Assembly (NCBI RefSeq): GCF_006345805.1
Contig: NC_043008.1
Coordinates: 78,864,001-78,928,000 of the forward strand
Reading direction: 5' to 3'
Length of the DNA: 64,000 nt
Origin: Octopus sinensis
Lineage: Eukaryota
Below are positions 63,701 through 64,000 of the stretch, in pieces. The position numbers were made by a program, and so were the translations under genes. The notes beneath the pieces are model-generated. The model had not been told where the DNA came from and did not search any database. It saw nothing but the letters and a program-made list of their open reading frames with translations. Position 1 is the stretch's first letter. Each line of letters opens with the position of its first letter.

Positions 63701-64000
63701 AAATATGAATGGAGGCATCTGAGTAAAGCACCGGAGTGTCACAAGGAAAAGAAGGGACCCACCTGCGTGAAAATAGGGGAGGAAGCCTGAGTTAAGCCAC
63801 TGAAGGCACGCTGTACATCTCAATGGAGCAGAGGAATGGTGACAGTGGTCAATTCCAGAAACAATGTCTCTGTGGATGGAATGCTGTGACACATCTTGGA
63901 CCTTCGCAGGATTGTCGTTTCATCAGATGATGATTGTGGAGAGGAGGAGAACAAGGTGCCTAGCCTGAGAAGATCTCAACATGCAAAGTGCCCTCCCAGT

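Larger units (their letters stand above)
60466..64000 (+). mobile_element. Compact Ty3/Gypsy LTR retrotransposon related to the 31-35 kb element, degenerate, runs off the window
   Basis: gag with knuckles CFKCRGHMVREC and CYRCKKTGHIAHDC; ALVYTG (degenerate protease); VRPVLDFRELN, DLKSAY, FGLNS, YIDD (RT); WCDAS (RNase H); HHLG...CDRC, AVDVTH, NGIIERHH (integrase). Confidence 0.92.

Overview
AT-rich, microsatellite-dense animal genomic DNA; the SINE/LINE repertoire resembles that of octopod cephalopods (inference, no database check). The whole window lies inside one minus-strand host gene, an M13-family (neprilysin/ECE-like) type II membrane metallopeptidase. Four well-supported exons (57136-57003 TM; 37152-35808 mucin-like stalk; 31244-31086 CDDFYQYICGNW; 9986-9903 KAEKNVKTLYKSC) and one candidate exon (44076-43985) join in consistent splice phases. 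The introns are almost entirely transposable elements: Tx1, RTE, CR1 and (TAA)n-associated R4/Dong-like LINEs, Penelope-like fragments, tRNA-derived SINEs, three mariners, a Tc1, MITE/foldback elements, two non-autonomous Helitrons and two compact Gypsy elements. Most notable: (1) an apparently intact minimal type I hammerhead ribozyme with a compensatory U3:A8 core pair in a ~365-nt retrozyme/mini-Penelope-like unit, beside a second hammerhead at a Penelope 3' end; (2) both Gypsy elements have, directly after the 5' LTR, a site complementary to the first 12 nt of tRNA-Phe rather than to a tRNA 3'-CCA end; (3) a 953-aa LINE ORF whose RT catalytic core is removed by a clean in-frame deletion with a splice-like left boundary. 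Boundaries of degenerate elements were read by eye and are approximate.
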